A DNA stretch of 31,266 nt from Verrucomicrobiota bacterium (GTDB lineage Bacteria > Verrucomicrobiota > Verrucomicrobiia > Limisphaerales > CANJXF01). Made by a program: the position numbers and the translations under genes. This document shows, one piece after another, positions 17,108-27,049 of this stretch (its first letter is position 1; each line of letters starts with the position of its first letter). The notes under the pieces were generated by a model. It was not told the origin of the DNA. It saw only the letters and a program-made list of their open reading frames with translations, and made no database searches. The stretch lies in NCBI GenBank assembly GCA_038214755.1, contig JBBQRQ010000059.1, forward strand, positions 1 to 31,266, written 5' to 3'.

Positions 17108-18718
17108 CTACAGGTCGTTGACGTCCGCATCCTCAACGGGCGGATCGCAAGCCGGACTGGTGCCGCGACTGGATCGCTCAGCTCGCTGCCAGCGAGAGCG
17201 GCGCCTGACAAGTGTCTGAAGGCGGAATGGAATTCCTGGTCGGCGCGCATTTCTGGAATCCACCGCGCAGAACGAAACGGGCAGCAGAGCTTTCAAGGAC
17301 TTGCGGGCCGCCCTGTCGGTCGTCAGACCTAGCACCACGGCGGCCGACGTTAGGAACACGCCGCTGCGCAGCAGCACCGACAGCACCGGATCGGCAACCA
17401 CGACGCGTAACGCGAGCACTGCGGCGCTCGCAGCAATGTAGCAACCCAGCACCCCTGCGAGTCGAATGGTGTCATAGCGCACGTCCGAGACCCGCATAGT
17501 GAACCACCAGAGAATCCCCGTAAAAGTCACGGCCGCTAGGAACGCTCCAATTCCGGCGCCCCGCCAGCCAAAGTGCCGGATGAACAGTACGCTCATCGCC
17601 ACATTTACCGCCGTGCCGCACCAGGCCGCCACGCTAATCCCCATAGTTTTTTTGCTGACCACCATCCCCATATTAGTGAAACTTCCCGAACCATACACAA
17701 TGTGGGCCCCGATCAGCCACGGAATGATTGCATAGCCCTCCTGATAACCTTCCGGAACGAGAAAGGCTAATAATTCTCCTGCAAACGCCACAAAGCCGAG
17801 ACCCAACGTCGTCATGACTCCTGCATAGTACAGAAACGCACGCCGGTAAAACTCGTTGCGTCCCGACGGTTCATCCGCACAGGCCACAGACAACGGCATC
17901 CATGCCTGGGTAAAGATAACCGACATCAAGCCCACGATGGCGGCGATTTTTTCCGCCACGCCGAACACGCCGACGGCGGACAGTCCCAGCAACGACAGCA
18001 TGATGATCCGATCTGCCTGAGTCGAGATCCAGAGCGCCAGAACTGAAGGAAACAGCGGTAAACTGTAGGCAAGCAAGTCGCTCAGGGCCCTCCGGGAAAT
18101 GCGCACGGTAAGATACCGCGCCGTCAGTACCAGTCCGCATACAAGTGCCAGTCCATTGGCCAGCAGTTGGGCGGCGAAGATCCCCGTAAGCCCCATGCCC
18201 CACGGGACCGCCAGGAGCAGCGCTAGCAGCACATAACTTAACGTCCTGACAATGTGGAGCACATTATACAATAATATCCGCCTTTCCATGCGCAATACCA
18301 TCTGCGGGATGGCGGACAAGGCCAACATGAGCGCCGCCCACGCCGCCAACACGATGTACACGCGTGAGCCTTCCGCACCTACGACCATGCGCGAAATCGC
18401 GCCGGCATAGTACGAAGCGATCATGACTACCGCAGCGCCGAAAGCGCCGACAAACCCCAGCACACTGGAAACCATTAGCGCCCGCGTACCGTCTTCTTTA
18501 CTTTGCAGCCAAAGTCGCGCTACGGCACTCTCCAGACTGACCGTCATAACCATGGCGAGCAGGGCAGTGACCGTGGCAATGACGTCGATCGTGCCGTACT
18601 CGGCCGGCGAAAAGATGCGCGTCAGGATCGGCAGCAATAGCAGGTTGACGCTCCGCGACAACCCTCCCATGATGCCATACTGCACGATATCCTTGCTTAG
18701 AGCGCGGAAGGAACTCAT
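17108..18718 (-). CDS. wzx: Oligosaccharide flippase Wzx
   Basis: LLLPILTRIFSPAEYG, YSLPL, QADRI.....G..AVGVF; multi-TM; atypical hydrophilic C-terminal tail of ~60 aa. Confidence 0.9.
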   Translation of the reverse strand: MSSFRALSKDIVQYGIMGGLSRSVNLLLLPILTRIFSPAEYGTIDVIATVTALLAMVMTVSLESAVARLWLQSKEDGTRALMVSSVLGFVGAFGAAVVMIASYYAGAISRMVVGAEGSRVYIVLAAWAALMLALSAIPQMVLRMERRILLYNVLHIVRTLSYVLLALLLAVPWGMGLTGIFAAQLLANGLALVCGLVLTARYLTVRISRRALSDLLAYSLPLFPSVLALWISTQADRIIMLSLLGLSAVGVFGVAEKIAAIVGLMSVIFTQAWMPLSVACADEPSGRNEFYRRAFLYYAGVMTTLGLGFVAFAGELLAFLVPEGYQEGYAIIPWLIGAHIVYGSGSFTNMGMVVSKKTMGISVAAWCGTAVNVAMSVLFIRHFGWRGAGIGAFLAAVTFTGILWWFTMRVSDVRYDTIRLAGVLGCYIAASAAVLALRVVVADPVLSVLLRSGVFLTSAAVVLGLTTDRAARKSLKALLPVSFCAVDSRNARRPGIPFRLQTLVRRRSRWQRAERSSRGTSPACDPPVEDADVNDL

Positions 18719-20397
18719 AGGTTCGGACTGCCGTCAGGCACGCTCCAACAGTGGTTGACGGTTTTCGCATGCTGGGCAGCCACCGACAGTGTGTGTTCGA
18801 GGCCCGAGGCCGACACAGATTCGTCGGGTGTGTTGGCTACCAGATGATATACGTCATAGACGGGTGCACCGACGTCGAACGCGCGCCACTCCGAGGAGGC
18901 TACCCAATCGCGAAGCCCCCGGTATGCCAGGGCTTTCCTGGCCACAACAGTAACTCGGATGTCCAACTCGCGGGCCATTTCGTCCAGGCAGTCCAGTCTG
19001 ACGTGGGGGAAGTCGGCGGCAAAACGGTTCTCGAAGCTGTCGCGAAAACCCTTGCTGGCGATCAACGGGAAGATGACAGTGTGCGGGGTCTCCAGCAGAA
19101 TGCGATAGACGCCGACCGCGTCGTACGGGTACGACAATACAACCATGGGTTTTGGCAGTGACTTTAAATGAGCAATCACCCGTCGATCGGCCTCCACCGA
19201 CAAAAACCGAGTCGGCCTCAACTGGGGCACGACACAACATTCCCCCATCCAGAAGAAACCTCCATAGATCAACAGACCCGCCAATAGCCATTGAGCACCG
19301 GCCGGCGGCGCCGCTATGACGCACATCGTGACGATGAAGAACGCCACATGATTCAAATAGCGTTCCGGTTCCCCGAGAAACAGCAACGGCGGGAGGCTGA
19401 TGAGGAGATAGATCCCGGTGGCGGCGATCACGGGTCCCACAATGGTCCGCGGAACCACGTCATTCGCCCCTTCCGGCGTCATGACGTAACACGCCCACGC
19501 GCATACGAAAACCGGCATCTTGATCAACGTCGATGTCCATGAATTGAAGGCTACGCAACGCAGCAGAACGTCCGCCAAATGCACGCGCAGCAACTTCTCG
19601 GGGGGCCTTGTCCAGAACCCGCTGAAGCCCTTTTGCCGCGAGCAGCTTATCGAGCCCTTCAGGTTCCCCTTGAAGAACCAGACCAAGTGATGAAGTTGCT
19701 CGCTTATCGTGAGAAAAAACTGCCCCCGGGTAACCGCCACCGCCAGGAGGAATCCCAGACTCAACGCAGCCATGGGCGTCGCGTCTCTCACTAGGACCGA
19801 AGTTGGCGGCACTAGGAACAGCATCGCCTGCAGGCCAAACTTTGACGACAAGATCACAAAGGCGGCCAAGAGCGTCGCAATCGCAACCGTCGCTCCCCCG
19901 GGCAGGCCGAAAGGGATTAGCGTGACAACGAAAAACAGATTTGTGGCCACTTCCGACGCAAGCCTGGGTGTGAGGCCGTTGACGCGCAACCCTGTAGCCA
20001 GACCTGAGAACCACATGGGTGTCAACAAGTACAACAAACTAATAATAGCGGCTGTGTACTCGGCAAATTCCGCTGCGATTGCTAGCGCATATATCAAGCC
20101 TGCAAAGGCGGCATCCAGCAGCGCATTGATCCATCGCTGATAGCGGAGGATCTTTTCCACCGACACGGGCAATAGTCCCAGCAGCCAATGCCACAAGAAC
20201 GGAGCGCGGAACGATCCGGCGCCCACCACCCGCGGAACAACCGCCCCGAAAGGCCCTGCTCTTTGCGCCCGAACCTCCTGCAGAAGGTATAAATGCGCGT
20301 AGGTATCCCACACCGTTGTGGCACGCCTCACAAGAAAGCATCGGAGCGCACCTCCGAGACCTGTAATGAGCAGAAAACCAGTCAGAGTGTCCGTCAT
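18715..20397 (-). CDS. Multi-pass membrane protein, possible GT-C-fold transferase
   Basis: 560 aa; TM1 followed by DTYAH, F.APFLWHWLL, many TMs, GEPERYL, soluble C-terminal domain; ATGA-coupled to wzx. Confidence 0.7.
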   Translation of the reverse strand: MTDTLTGFLLITGLGGALRCFLVRRATTVWDTYAHLYLLQEVRAQRAGPFGAVVPRVVGAGSFRAPFLWHWLLGLLPVSVEKILRYQRWINALLDAAFAGLIYALAIAAEFAEYTAAIISLLYLLTPMWFSGLATGLRVNGLTPRLASEVATNLFFVVTLIPFGLPGGATVAIATLLAAFVILSSKFGLQAMLFLVPPTSVLVRDATPMAALSLGFLLAVAVTRGQFFLTISEQLHHLVWFFKGNLKGSISCSRQKGFSGFWTRPPEKLLRVHLADVLLRCVAFNSWTSTLIKMPVFVCAWACYVMTPEGANDVVPRTIVGPVIAATGIYLLISLPPLLFLGEPERYLNHVAFFIVTMCVIAAPPAGAQWLLAGLLIYGGFFWMGECCVVPQLRPTRFLSVEADRRVIAHLKSLPKPMVVLSYPYDAVGVYRILLETPHTVIFPLIASKGFRDSFENRFAADFPHVRLDCLDEMARELDIRVTVVARKALAYRGLRDWVASSEWRAFDVGAPVYDVYHLVANTPDESVSASGLEHTLSVAAQHAKTVNHCWSVPDGSPNL

Positions 20398-20452
20398 GAT
20401 GTTCCTATGGGCCGAGCGGCGCGCCCCACCAAACTCCGGTGCTCAACGACGA

Positions 20453-20717
20453 CTATGTTCTCAGCGACTTCCTTGCCCGTTCCGGCACACCGTATGCCAG
20501 TAAAAATGGCGGAATGTCGCGATTTAAGGTCGTACCGATCCCAAAGTCGAACAAAACTAGAGCTGCTTGAATCATAGCATAAAAACCAATCAAGCCGTAC
20601 GCTTCTAGCCCTACTAATCTTATGGTAGAGAAGCAAAACTGCAATTCGGACCAGTTCAGTTGCCGCACTTGTGCCATAGTTCGACAGCACATTGGCCGTA
20701 AGCTTTTTACCTCGCAT
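20453..20717 (-). pseudogene. Frameshifted, truncated 5' end of a second, different Wzx flippase
   Basis: MRGKKLTANVLSNY...LLLY [+1 at ~20624] IRLVGLEAYGLIGFYAMIQAALVLFDFGIGTTLNRD: a typical Wzx N-terminus. Confidence 0.82.
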
Positions 20718-20799
20718 CTTTATTGGGTGGCATATGGGCCGACATGACCATCCCCTCAAAATCGGAAATTTCCAAAGCGATACAAGCTCCGCGCCTTGA

Positions 20800-20869
20800 C
20801 CCGATGCGCTGCAACATGTTCAGGATCAAGCCGAGGTTGCCCCATGCCGTAGTTGACGATCGTGATCAT
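20800..20869 (-). pseudogene. 5' remnant of a HisH-like glutamine amidotransferase (HisH2/WbuY type)
   Basis: MITIVNYGMG [one extra G] NLGLILNMLQRIG matches the HisH start (I.I.DYGMGNL.S..N.L..IG); ATGA-coupled to the upstream acyltransferase. Confidence 0.8.
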
Positions 20870-21429
20870 GGCGCTTCGGATTGGTGGGTAGCGGCGGCCG
20901 AGGTGCGCAGGCGCAACACGCGGGCTGGCACGCCCGCGATCACCGCGAAGTCGGGAACGTCCTTCGTGACCACCGCGCCCGCGCCCACTTGCACACCCCG
21001 GCCAATGTGGACCCCCGGCAGGACAATGCTGCCAACCCCAAGATCGCAGTCGTCCTCAATCCTGACGGTGGCCAAGGCCAGCCGACTGGCCAGAATCGGC
21101 ACTTCGATGCCCTCATTCTCGTGATGGGAGGAAAAAATCTTCACGCCCGGGCCGATTCCCACGTTTCGCCCGATGGTGATGCCGCCCGCGCTGTGGATGA
21201 AACACTGCTGGCCGATCCAAGTGTTCTCACCGATCACCATCGCGTTCTTGTGGTAGGCCTTCAAGATGGTCTGGTGCCCGACATAGACATTGTTTCCCAA
21301 GCGAATGTTCTGCGGATGGAACACCATCACGCCGGCCTCGAAGATGACGTTGCGCCCGAGCGCGGCAAACTCGCTCTCACGGAACGAGCCGCTGCCGTGC
21401 GAGCAGTAGTTTGTGATCTCGCGTGGCAT
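20866..21429 (-). CDS. Hexapeptide-repeat (LbetaH) acyltransferase
   Basis: 187 aa; repeated IG.N..IG, VLPGVHIGRG..VGAGAVVTKDVP...VIAGVPAR. Confidence 0.9.
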   Translation of the reverse strand: MPREITNYCSHGSGSFRESEFAALGRNVIFEAGVMVFHPQNIRLGNNVYVGHQTILKAYHKNAMVIGENTWIGQQCFIHSAGGITIGRNVGIGPGVKIFSSHHENEGIEVPILASRLALATVRIEDDCDLGVGSIVLPGVHIGRGVQVGAGAVVTKDVPDFAVIAGVPARVLRLRTSAAATHQSEAP

Positions 21430-21430
21430 C

Positions 21431-22544
21431 TTAGGTGATCAGCCGGTTCACCACGCCCACCACGGTTTGCTGTTGCGCGGTGCTGATGCAATCGTGCAAC
21501 GGCAGGGTCAAGGCTCGCGATGCGGCCGCGTCGGTCGCCGGAAAATCACCGAGCCTGTATCCATAGCGGCTGCGATAGTAGGTCGTCAACGGCATGTGGA
21601 CCGTGCCCACCTGTGTCTCGACACCAGCTTCCTTGGCCCGGCGGAGGAGCCACCGCTTCTGGCAGCAGCGCCACGTACGACTGGTAAACATGATTGGCTC
21701 CTGGCAAAACCCGAGGACTTTGCAGCGGGCCGCTCGCCAGCAGGGCATCATACCGGAGGGCGGCAACGCGGCGCGCCGGGATGATCCGCGACAACTTGGT
21801 CATCTGCGTCAAGCCCAGCGCAGCCTGAAACTCGGTCATGCGGTAATTGTATCCCGGCATGATGAAGTCTTGGATTGGCGCGGTGGGATCCAGCCCGTGG
21901 TTGCGCAACGCCCGCACGCGATTTGCTAGGGCGTCATCATCGGAGGTTACAATTCCACCCTCACCCGTGGTAACGGCCTTGCGCGGGTGGAAGCTGAAAC
22001 ACCCCATGGTTCCCCACGCGCCAGCCGGCCGTCCGCGAAAAGTGGCTCCGATCGCGCACGCGGCGTCCTCCACCACGGGCAGGTTCCACCGACGGCACAT
22101 CGCGTTCAACTGCTCCATGTCCAGCATCTGGCCGAAGGTGTGGACCGGGAGCACGGCCTTCACCCGCCGGGCCATCTCGCGGTTCGCCATCAGCCTCTCC
22201 AGTGTTGCTTCCAACGAATTAAGATCCAGGTTGAACGTCGCCGGATCCACGTCCACAAAGACCGGCTGCGCGCCACATAACTCGATCACGTTGGCCGTGG
22301 CAGGAAAGGTGAAGGCCGGTGCGATGACCGTGTCGCCGGGACCGATGTCCAGCGCCTTGAGCGCCAGATGCAGCGCGGCGGTCCCCGACGAAACGGCGAC
22401 GGCGTGCGGCAAATCGGCAAACGCCGCCAGCTTCCGCTCGAAGGCGAGGACATTCTCGCCCTGAACCAACATGCCGGAACGCAACACCGCAACGGCGCGG
22501 GCAATGTCCTCGTCGCGGATATCGGGTTTAGAGAGCCTGATCAT
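21431..22544 (-). pseudogene. DegT/DnrJ aminotransferase with a frameshift near 21645
   Basis: Frame 1 runs to HVYQSYVALLPEAVA; the C-terminal GVETQVGT...LTLPLH is in another frame (21431-21766 ORF). EDAAC and SFHPRK are intact. A sequencing error cannot be excluded. Confidence 0.85.
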
Positions 22545-22553
22545 CGGTTTGCC

Positions 22554-22844
22554 CTACTTGTGTTGCCGATAGAATTCCGCCGCCTTGGTAATCCCTTCCT
22601 CCAAATCCACCTTCGCCTCGAATCTTAGGTCAATGGTCGCTCGCGAAAATTGAGGCCAGTAGAGAAATCCACCAGACGCTGGAGATCTGAAAACATCCGC
22701 GCCGCCTCGAATACATCGCCCTTTACAACTTGGAGATTCGAATGGTTTTAAAACGATTTGCTGCTCAAGGAATCACGCCGGGAATCGTCATACACGACAA
22801 GATGGTTGTCGTCAATCAGACGCTCGATGAGAGTCAACCCGAAT
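22554..22844 (-). pseudogene. Internally collapsed epimerase pseudogene, paralogous to 24909-25856
   Basis: Reads GLTLIERLIDDNHLVVYDDSRRDSLSSKSF*NHSNLQVVKGDV|FEAARMFSDLQRLVDFST|...FEAKVDLEEGITKAAEFYRQHK*, matching N-terminal, middle and C-terminal segments of the intact paralogue. Confidence 0.88.
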
Positions 22845-22873
22845 GCTCACAACCACCACATCAGCTAACACGG

Positions 22874-23599
22874 CTACCGCACAATTACGTCGTCCAGCTC
22901 AAGCCAGGCCAACAACTGCGCCCGCCGCCGATCGAGGAAGAAAGCCACGGCGTCAGTCATCAGGCGTCCGCCGCCCTCCCAGATCACAGGATGCAAGAGA
23001 ATGGCAAACTGGCGACGTTCGCCCTTCCCAAACCAGTCCTCGGGGGAGCCCTCGCGCCAGATGCGGTTGGAGTCAGACAGGTACTTGACGGCTCCGAAAA
23101 ACCGCGCTTCGTAGGTACTACAGAATCCGGTGAATGTCTGCCGTAGCACACCCTGGGAAGGATTATGGAACGACACGATGCGGCAGAACAAGTCTGGCGC
23201 GAAAGTCGTCGTCAGTCTGGCGAAGTCCGATCTGACCTTGCCCTCTACCTCCGCCGTTACCGGTTTGGCCTCTCGCGCCATGCCCAAATCACAGTGAAGC
23301 CCCAAACGATGTCCGAGTTCAGCGATCTTGTCGACCACCCGCCGTCCTGCCGGGGCAAAGACGTTGTAAAACACACTGTCCACCATGAGAAAGTAGGTCG
23401 AGCGAATCCCCTCCTCGGCCTCCAAGCGTGCCATGTCCAGCGCTGCATCCAAGTCCACATCCACATCATGCCGCCAGTAGACGCAGGTCTCGTCCGGCGG
23501 CACGTCATCGTCAAAGAAGGCCGGCCGATATCCTCGCGAGCGGCTCAACTGGTACAGCCGCCGCAGTCGCGCATACGAGAAATCGAGAGGGTCCATCAC
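22874..23599 (-). CDS. Polysaccharide deacetylase-like protein
   Basis: 241 aa; WRHDVD, STYF, GH.LGLH, SFHNP: NodB/CE4-like metal-binding pattern. Confidence 0.75.
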   Translation of the reverse strand: MMDPLDFSYARLRRLYQLSRSRGYRPAFFDDDVPPDETCVYWRHDVDVDLDAALDMARLEAEEGIRSTYFLMVDSVFYNVFAPAGRRVVDKIAELGHRLGLHCDLGMAREAKPVTAEVEGKVRSDFARLTTTFAPDLFCRIVSFHNPSQGVLRQTFTGFCSTYEARFFGAVKYLSDSNRIWREGSPEDWFGKGERRQFAILLHPVIWEGGGRLMTDAVAFFLDRRRAQLLAWLELDDVIVR

Positions 23600-24537
23600 T
23601 GCAACAGGTCTCCCGGCTTAAGAGGTGATGACGCCTCATAGTCTGTCACCAACACAGCGCCACGACCGCACTGGACTACGAACTCGCGCATGCTGTTGGA
23701 CGAGACGAAGACCACCGTACCGGGCGCGGCTGCCGTCGTGAGCAGATTGTCCCCGAAGTACTTCGCATCCCAGACCATCAGTTTCTGCGCTTGAATAGTG
23801 GTGAACGCCCCAGGATAAGGACGTGTCACGGCACGCACCAGCCGACAGACCTCTTCGGCTGGTGCCTGCCAGCGTATGCGGCCGTCTTCGGGGGTCCGCT
23901 TGGGGTAGTGGAAAACATCGCCCATCTGGGGATACCTCGGACATGTCCCCGCCCGGATGGAGGGCAGGAACCGATGCACTAGCCGGGCTTGAGCCATGGC
24001 GGTCTTGTAGTAGACCGACCGGCACGTGTCCTCTGGACAGATATCGTAGATCTCAAACCCCACAATGTCACCGTCGTCAACACCGGGAGTAATCATGAAC
24101 ATATGCAGGATGAAACGGTTGCGCCCTTCGATGATGCTCCAGTTGATGGGCGAACGACCACGACCCCAGGGCAGCATATTGGCGGAACCGTGGAATCCCA
24201 GGACGCCGCAGTGGGCAAGCCTGATGATCTGCTCCGGAACCAGCCGTTGCCAGCCTAGAACGATCACTACCTCCGGTTCGAGAGACTGCATCAGCGCAAA
24301 GTCCCCTTCGGCCGTCATGCCATACTTCTCAACGCCGTGTAACGCCAGGCCATGGTCGGCGGCGAAAGGCGCCAGATCCACCCAGTTGGTGGAGTTCGCC
24401 CGGCGCGCCTCTGCCTCGGACAGGGTCACCAGCGCGTCCACCTCACCGCCAAGGTAGTAAAGATAGCTCAACGTATCGAGCGTCTCTTCAAGACACCCCA
24501 ACACCACGATGCGCCCAGATCGCCGCGTCTCTGTCAT
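23596..24537 (-). CDS. Methionyl-tRNA formyltransferase-like sugar N-formyltransferase
   Basis: GWQRLVP, GFHGS..LPWGRGRSPINWSI, VDDGDI, PKRTPEDGRI.W, LVRAVT.PYPGAF; own ATG at 24537 with GAAGGA upstream. Confidence 0.87.
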   Translation of the reverse strand: MTETRRSGRIVVLGCLEETLDTLSYLYYLGGEVDALVTLSEAEARRANSTNWVDLAPFAADHGLALHGVEKYGMTAEGDFALMQSLEPEVVIVLGWQRLVPEQIIRLAHCGVLGFHGSANMLPWGRGRSPINWSIIEGRNRFILHMFMITPGVDDGDIVGFEIYDICPEDTCRSVYYKTAMAQARLVHRFLPSIRAGTCPRYPQMGDVFHYPKRTPEDGRIRWQAPAEEVCRLVRAVTRPYPGAFTTIQAQKLMVWDAKYFGDNLLTTAAAPGTVVFVSSNSMREFVVQCGRGAVLVTDYEASSPLKPGDLLQ

Positions 24538-24912
24538 GGCCGTGTCATGTCCTTCCATGTCTCGGCGAAGAATGTCGGCGACTTGGCCGGCCTCGTCAAG
24601 CGACATCGTTCCGTACGGGGGCAGCACCATCCCCTGAGTTGCACAACTCCACGCCACGTGACAGGCTAAAACTGAACCCGGGTAGCGTTGCGCAAGGAAA
24701 TCCCCCCGGTTCATGGCCTGCGCGCCGGGACCGATGTCCAGCGCCTTGAGCGCCAGATGCAACGCGGCGGTTCCCGACGAAACGGCGACGGCGTGTGGCA
24801 AATCGGCAAACGCCGCCACCCGTGCTCCTTGCACGAGGAAGCCCGAAGCCACGGCGTCCTGCACGGCGCATAGGTCGTCCGCTTCAATGCTGGGGATCGT
24901 GAGGCGGATCAT
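24538..24912 (-). pseudogene. Internally collapsed DegT aminotransferase, left in frame with the formyltransferase
   Basis: MIRLTIP...[30 protein letters not shown]...GPG|...VLPPYGTMS..E...VA; lacks the catalytic EDAA and SFHPRK regions; 24723-24818 matches 22334-22429 at 93/96 nt. Confidence 0.85.
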
Positions 24913-25856
24913 GCGGCCTGTGAACGAAAGTAGTCAGCAGTTCTTCGAATTCCTTCCTCTAGGTCCACTCGTGCCTTGAACCCCAGAACCTTTTCTGTCT
25001 TTTCCACACTCGGAATTCGCAGTGCGATATCCGCTGACAACGCGGGTTTAAAAATGATCTGTGATTTCGAATTAAGCACCCGGCAGACAAGTTCCGCCAA
25101 ACCCAGCGTGGTAATAATGGCCCGTGCGTTGCCAATGTTGAAGCTTTCTCCTATGGCGGATGGGCTCTCCAAGCAGCGCATCAGGCAGTTAACGAAGTCA
25201 TCTACAAAACACCACGCCCGGATCTGAGTTCCGTCGCCATAAATGAAGATGTCTTCATTTTTTAAAGCGCGCTTGATGAAGATTTGGATCGCACCTTCTC
25301 CAGTTTGTCCAGGGCCATAAATGTTGAATGGGCGCACAGTGACAATGGGAAGACCGTACTGGGTGTGATACGCTTTGGCTAAATGTTCTCCAGCCAATTT
25401 GCTCACTGCGTACGTCCAACGCGCTTCGCCAGCCGAGCCCGAGATAGCTTGATCATTCTCAGCGGACCGAAAAGCCATTGACCCGAACACCTCAGATGTA
25501 GAAAAGTCAACTAAACGATCCGTTATGTGGGTCAGACGGGCGGTTTCCAGGACATTCGCAGTTCCAATCATATTGACGCGCATAGTGGTAACCGGGCTTT
25601 TGATTACTGTGTCAATGCCTGCGATACCTGCAGCGTGAATGACAACATCCGCCCCAGCCATCGCCTTCACCAGCGCATCGAAATCGAGCACGTCGCCCCT
25701 TACTATGGTGATGTGAGGATGTCGGTTCAGATCACTGCTTGATAACGTATCTCGGTGGAAGTTGTCGTAAACGATAATTTCATTCCGATCTACTAGCCGA
25801 CGTATGATCGTGTTTGCAATAAAACCTGCTCCGCCCGTAATAAAGTATCTTTTCAT
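24909..25856 (-). CDS. NAD-dependent epimerase/dehydratase
   Basis: [45 protein letters not shown]; start set at ATG 25856. Confidence 0.92.
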   Translation of the reverse strand: MKRYFITGGAGFIANTIIRRLVDRNEIIVYDNFHRDTLSSSDLNRHPHITIVRGDVLDFDALVKAMAGADVVIHAAGIAGIDTVIKSPVTTMRVNMIGTANVLETARLTHITDRLVDFSTSEVFGSMAFRSAENDQAISGSAGEARWTYAVSKLAGEHLAKAYHTQYGLPIVTVRPFNIYGPGQTGEGAIQIFIKRALKNEDIFIYGDGTQIRAWCFVDDFVNCLMRCLESPSAIGESFNIGNARAIITTLGLAELVCRVLNSKSQIIFKPALSADIALRIPSVEKTEKVLGFKARVDLEEGIRRTADYFRSQAA

Positions 25857-25860
25857 AACG

Positions 25861-27027
25861 CTAATTAAACTGGTGGATTTTATCGGATACGAAGTGGAGT
25901 TCATCTTCAGTAATGCCGGGGAAAACAGGTAGCGCAATGGTCAGGCGCTCAGCCATCCATGCTGTTGGGAAATCTTCTGTGCGTATTCTATATCGCTCAC
26001 GATAGTAATTTAGGTGAGGAGGCGAATGCGTTCCTTGACGCGTTGAAATCCCAGCCGTCTCCAGCTCCTTCATCATCCTATTGCGCTCCTTTTCAAACGC
26101 GGCAACATTACCGAGCGACGGTTCCTTTGGTGCAAAAAGTACCGTGTAACTCTGCCATGAGTGCCGCTGATGTAGTGGCACAAAGGGGAGACGGAGCCAG
26201 TCCAGGTCACGAAGCGCCTGCGAATAAAAGTCTGCACACCGTTGGCGCTCGGCTAGCAAAAATTCGAGGCGACGCATCTGTGCATTGCCCAAAGCCCCCT
26301 GAATATCGGTAAGCCGGTAATTAAAACCGGCTAGATCGAACTGCGGCAGCAGCGCCGTATGCCCCGTGCCTCCTTTACCTTCCGTTGCTGGGAGCATAGC
26401 ACCGTGGTTCCGGAGACCCTCGCAGCGTCGGGCGAGCGCCTCGTCTCGCAGAGTTAGCATTCCGCCCTCACCTGTAGTGATTGACTTTCGCGGATGAAAA
26501 CTGAAGCAACCAATATCGCCGAAAAGGCCGGCAGAGCGGTCGCGATACATTGAGCCGAGTGCACACGCCGCGTCCTCTATAACCCAAATGGCGTGTCGTT
26601 GCGCGAATTTGATAACAGCATCCATTTCAGCACACAGGCCGAACAGGTGAACTGGAATAATACCTACCGTGCGGCTCGTAACGAGTGATTCCAACTCCCG
26701 CACATCTAGATTGAACGTCTGCAGATCGACATCACAAAAGACAGGACATGCACCAGTCAATTCGACAACGTTTGCCGTCGCTACCCAAGTAAAAGCCGGA
26801 ACAATCACCTCGTCTCCGGGCTTTAGCTTTAATGCGGTCACGGCAATGTGTAGTGCAGCCGTTCCGGAGGAGCATGCCAGAGCAAATGGCGCGCTGGTGA
26901 AAGCAGAAAATGCGTTCTCAAATTCACGTACTCTAGGCCCTTGGACCAGCCAGCCGTCTCGAAGCGGACGGAGGACCGCTTGGAATTCCGCGTCACTGAG
27001 CCAGTTCTTTGAAATGGGTACCTTCAT
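25861..27027 (-). CDS. DegT/DnrJ sugar aminotransferase
   Basis: [42 protein letters not shown]; start is ATG 27027 or TTG 27057. Confidence 0.92.
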   Translation of the reverse strand: MKVPISKNWLSDAEFQAVLRPLRDGWLVQGPRVREFENAFSAFTSAPFALACSSGTAALHIAVTALKLKPGDEVIVPAFTWVATANVVELTGACPVFCDVDLQTFNLDVRELESLVTSRTVGIIPVHLFGLCAEMDAVIKFAQRHAIWVIEDAACALGSMYRDRSAGLFGDIGCFSFHPRKSITTGEGGMLTLRDEALARRCEGLRNHGAMLPATEGKGGTGHTALLPQFDLAGFNYRLTDIQGALGNAQMRRLEFLLAERQRCADFYSQALRDLDWLRLPFVPLHQRHSWQSYTVLFAPKEPSLGNVAAFEKERNRMMKELETAGISTRQGTHSPPHLNYYRERYRIRTEDFPTAWMAERLTIALPVFPGITEDELHFVSDKIHQFN

Positions 27028-27049
27028 TGGAACATTGTGAAGAAACAGG

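Noticed and set aside
17092..17250. Longer Wzy start at 17250
   Set aside because: It overlaps wzx by over 140 bp and adds a hydrophilic, non-Wzy-like extension; a downstream ATG has an SD.
23596..24912. 438-aa ORF as a novel DegT-formyltransferase bifunctional enzyme
   Set aside because: The DegT part lacks the PLP-binding Asp and Lys regions, and the formyltransferase has its own ATG and SD; treated as a collapsed pseudogene left in frame.
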